Below, in pieces: positions 23,728 through 26,214 of a DNA stretch of 26,214 nucleotides (within the stretch, counting starts at the first letter, position 1; every line of letters starts with the position of its first letter). Below the pieces are notes generated by a model. The model saw only the letters and a program-made list of their open reading frames with translations, did not search any database and was not told the origin of the DNA. This DNA is from an uncultured Sulfuricella sp. GTDB lineage: Bacteria > Pseudomonadota > Gammaproteobacteria > Burkholderiales > Sulfuricellaceae. Location of the stretch: contig CAYGNO010000012.1 of assembly GCA_964351305.1 (NCBI GenBank), positions 1-26,214 on the forward strand, in the 5' to 3' direction. A program made the position numbers and the translations under genes.

Positions 23728-23830
23728 GAAGGTGTTCGTCTCAATTCCTTGCCTGTCTGAAACCCTGTCCTTCAATACCCGAAAACTAGGCGGATCGCTG
23801 AATATCAGGTGCGAACTTACCATTTGGATG

Positions 23831-23963
23831 GTTTTAACCCAGATTGTCCATTGGAATGTTCGTGCCTGTAGGAGCGCCGCCCCCGGCGCGAATGCGGTCG
23901 CAAATCGCGGCGAGGGCGCCGCTCCTACAGCGGTGTTTTGGCTCTAATGGATTATCTGGGGTT
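23831..23963. repeat. REP/MITE-like hairpin element, copy C
   Basis: The core is 23836-23963 (128 bp), in the same orientation as copies A and B. Its last 2 nt overlap the TAA stop of the HD-GYP gene. Confidence 0.9.
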
Positions 23964-25590
23964 AAGCGGCAAACCCCGGAATCTTCGTCACGTCCACTTC
24001 GTCGATTTGCTCAGGTTCGAGAAACCGCTTGGCATACTTCAGATAAACTTTTTCCCTGATAAAGGCATCGAACAAATCCGGGTCGACGTGGTTGTCCAGC
24101 TTCATCAACCCGAGTATCCGCAGCGACTCGGTCAGGGTTTTGCCGTGCTTGTAAGGGCGGTCGCGTGCGGTGAGCGCTTCGAAAATGTCGGCGATGGCCA
24201 TGGTTCGCGCCTGAATCGACATCTGCTCGCGAATCAACCCCTTCGGGTAGCCCTTGCCGTCCATGCGCTCGTGGTGACCGCCGGCATATTCCGGCACGCG
24301 CCTGAGGTGTTTGGGCCACGGCAGGGTTTCCAGCATCTTGATGGTGGCGACGATGTGATAGTTGATAACCTGCCGCTCTTCGTCGGTCAGCGTGCCCTTG
24401 GCGATCTTCAGATTCTTCGCTTCGTCGTCCGACAGGAAGAAGGCGGTTTCACCTTTCTCGTTCACCCAGGTTAGTCGGGCGATGGCTTCGACCCGCTCTT
24501 GCTGCTCCGGTGACATGAATTCGCCGCCGATGTTGCTTTTGCGCAGGAACTCGCGGTCGTCGTCAAGCTGGCGGATGCGTTGCTGGCAGGCCTGTTCCAG
24601 CGTGGCGAATGACTCCTTGTTTCCTTGTTCCAGGCCCCGTATTTTTGCGCGCAACAGATCGATTTCCGCATCGCGCTTCAATACTTCGAAGCGGGTATCC
24701 ACCAGATGGATGCGGTCGAACAGGGCCTGCAGCTTGGTTGCCTTGTCGACGACGTGAACCGGGGTGGTGATTTTTCCGCAGTCGTGCAGCAGCCCGGCGA
24801 TCTTCAGCTCGTAACGGTCCTTGTCGGTCATCTGGAAGTCCTTGAGCGGACCTTCCCGGGTGGCGCAGGCGGCTTCGGCGAGCAGCATGGTGAGAACGGG
24901 TACGCGTTTGCAGTGGCCGCCGGTGTAGGGCGATTTTTCGTCAATCGCAGAATCGATCAATTTGATGAAGGATTCGAACAGCGCTTCCAGCTGGTTGATC
25001 AGCATCCGGTTGGTCAAGGCAATGGCGGCCTGCGAGGCGAGGGACTCGGTGAGCCGCTGATCGGCGTGGGAGAAGGGGATGATTTCGCCGGTTTCCGCAT
25101 GCTTGGCATTGATCAACTGCAATACCCCGATGATTTCGCTGGCGTGATTTTTCATCGGAACGGTGAGAAATGACTTGGAGCGGTAGCCGGTTTTCTGGTC
25201 GAAATCGCGCGTGCCGGAAAAGTCGAAGCCCTCGGCGGTGTAGGCGTCATCGATGTTGATGGTGGTGTCGTGCAGCACCGAGTAGGCAACCACCATCGAG
25301 TTGTTGGGCTTGCCCTGTGCATCGTACAGGGGCAGCGGGTCGAACGGGATCGCAACGCCGGTGGTGCCGCCCATGGCGATGTTCAGGGTGTCGTTGCGGA
25401 GGATCTCGAATTTGAGGTGGTTATCTTCCGTCACCCGGTAAAGCGTGCCGCCATCGGCGTTGGTGAGGCTTTTGGCGGCGAGCAGAATGGCTTCGAGCGT
25501 CCGGGTAGTGTCTTTTTCCGCAGACAGGGCCACCCCGATGGCGTTCAGTTTCTCCAAACGCTCAAGAAGGTCGTTGCTGGCGTTAGTCAT
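23962..25590 (-). CDS. GAF domain-containing HD-GYP phosphohydrolase (putative c-di-GMP phosphodiesterase)
   Basis: 542 aa. The N-terminal ~180 aa is GAF-like. The HD motif is LLHDCGKITTP and the GYP motif is HHERMDGKGYPKGL. Confidence 0.85.
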   Translation of the reverse strand: MTNASNDLLERLEKLNAIGVALSAEKDTTRTLEAILLAAKSLTNADGGTLYRVTEDNHLKFEILRNDTLNIAMGGTTGVAIPFDPLPLYDAQGKPNNSMVVAYSVLHDTTINIDDAYTAEGFDFSGTRDFDQKTGYRSKSFLTVPMKNHASEIIGVLQLINAKHAETGEIIPFSHADQRLTESLASQAAIALTNRMLINQLEALFESFIKLIDSAIDEKSPYTGGHCKRVPVLTMLLAEAACATREGPLKDFQMTDKDRYELKIAGLLHDCGKITTPVHVVDKATKLQALFDRIHLVDTRFEVLKRDAEIDLLRAKIRGLEQGNKESFATLEQACQQRIRQLDDDREFLRKSNIGGEFMSPEQQERVEAIARLTWVNEKGETAFFLSDDEAKNLKIAKGTLTDEERQVINYHIVATIKMLETLPWPKHLRRVPEYAGGHHERMDGKGYPKGLIREQMSIQARTMAIADIFEALTARDRPYKHGKTLTESLRILGLMKLDNHVDPDLFDAFIREKVYLKYAKRFLEPEQIDEVDVTKIPGFAA

Positions 25591-25614
25591 GGGCTCCCCG
25601 ATGCAAAACAGGGT

Positions 25615-26214
25615 TTATTTAATGCACACCGCTCGCACCTGTTTCAGATCGGTGATGCCCTGCAAGACCTTTTCAATGCCGTCCTGCTTCAGTGTCCGCA
25701 TGCCTTCCGCGAGGCAGGTGGCGAGCATCTCCGCAACGCGGGCATGCTCCTGGATATTTTTCTTGATCGTGTCGGTGCCCACCAGCAGCTCGTGCAGGCC
25801 GAGCCGCCCCTTGTAGCCGGTGTTGTTGCAGGTCTCGCAGCCGACCGGGTCGTACAGGGTGAACTGCCCCTGGTCGTTGGCGAATGACTTCAGCCATTCC
25901 TTGTAAATGCCTTCCATCGCCGCTTTAGGATCTTTTTTCCAGCTTTCCAGGCTGGTGAGTTCCAGGCAGTATTCGTTGAGCATGAGCTTGATGTCGTCAG
26001 CCGTGGCGGCGCGCGCTTTCTTGCACTTCGAGCACAGCCGTTTCGCCAGCCGCTGGGCCAGAATGCCGAGCAGTGCATCGGCGAAGTTGAACGGGTCCAT
26101 GCCCATGTCGAGCAGGCGGATGATCGATTCCGGCGCGCTGTTGGTGTGCAGGGTGGCGAACACCAGATGGCCGGTGAGCGAGGCCTCGATGCCGGTGGAG
26201 ACGGTTTCCTTGTC
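25615..26214 (-). CDS. GspE/PilB-family secretion/pilus-assembly ATPase, 3' portion (5' end beyond the window)
   Basis: The open frame runs to the window edge. TGHLVFATLHTNSAPE is the His box. A tetracysteine motif CSKC...CETC is followed by GYKGRLGLHELL. Confidence 0.85.
   Translation of the reverse strand, partial: DKETVSTGIEASLTGHLVFATLHTNSAPESIIRLLDMGMDPFNFADALLGILAQRLAKRLCSKCKKARAATADDIKLMLNEYCLELTSLESWKKDPKAAMEGIYKEWLKSFANDQGQFTLYDPVGCETCNNTGYKGRLGLHELLVGTDTIKKNIQEHARVAEMLATCLAEGMRTLKQDGIEKVLQGITDLKQVRAVCIK

Noticed and set aside
23760-23776. Two CCTGTC motifs about 11 bp apart upstream of repeat copy C. The 10-mer AAACCCTGTC is also found, in opposite orientation, next to the pilin sigma54 promoter, so these could be PilR-type sites.
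   Set aside because: The motifs are short and the 10-mer match is near chance level. The copies at about 23760 are not near any sigma54 promoter that I can see. The idea is kept only as a side note within the pilin-promoter finding.

Overview
By eye this is a proteobacterial chromosomal accessory region with patchy base composition. The taxon cannot be fixed from this sequence alone.

Gene content, left to right:
1. A two-gene MacB-type ABC exporter (NBD 75-803, permease 1251-2474). A ~470-bp cassette sits at its NBD/permease junction. The cassette carries a GxxExxY (PD-(D/E)XK fold) gene and is bounded by 41-bp inverted repeats made of helically phased CACGAAT heptamers.
2. A relBE-type toxin-antitoxin cassette, bracketed by a 51-bp direct duplication of the permease 3' end / cysC start.
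3. cysC (APS kinase).
4. A plus-strand ABC-transporter-dependent glycan locus of the E. coli O9a / P. aeruginosa CPA type. It contains wzm, wzt with a C-terminal extension, a WbdD-like methyltransferase-kinase-coiled-coil protein, a small ORF, a double-GT4 WbdA-like enzyme and another GT4.
5. A convergent minus-strand glycan block: gmd, a GT-B transferase, a GT2, an embedded AAA_14/DUF4143 ATPase, an SDR with His in place of the catalytic Tyr, and a GT4.
6. Three same-orientation copies of a ~127-bp hairpin-forming REP/MITE-like element that partition the right third of the window.
7. A type IVa pilin with a near-consensus sigma54 promoter and a strong terminator. It is followed by a TMTC/PMT-like GT-C membrane glycosyltransferase and a GtrB/Ppm1-like polyprenyl-phosphate glycosyltransferase, which together are a candidate pilin glycosylation module.
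8. Back-to-back mazEF-like and parDE-like TA modules with recognisable operators.
9. A GAF-HD-GYP protein and the 3' part of a GspE/PilB-family ATPase.

No rRNA, tRNA or CRISPR array was recognised.

The most unusual item is the heptamer-flanked GxxExxY cassette built into an operon junction. Next are the pilin-linked GT-C/Ppm pair and the repeat-delimited modular layout.
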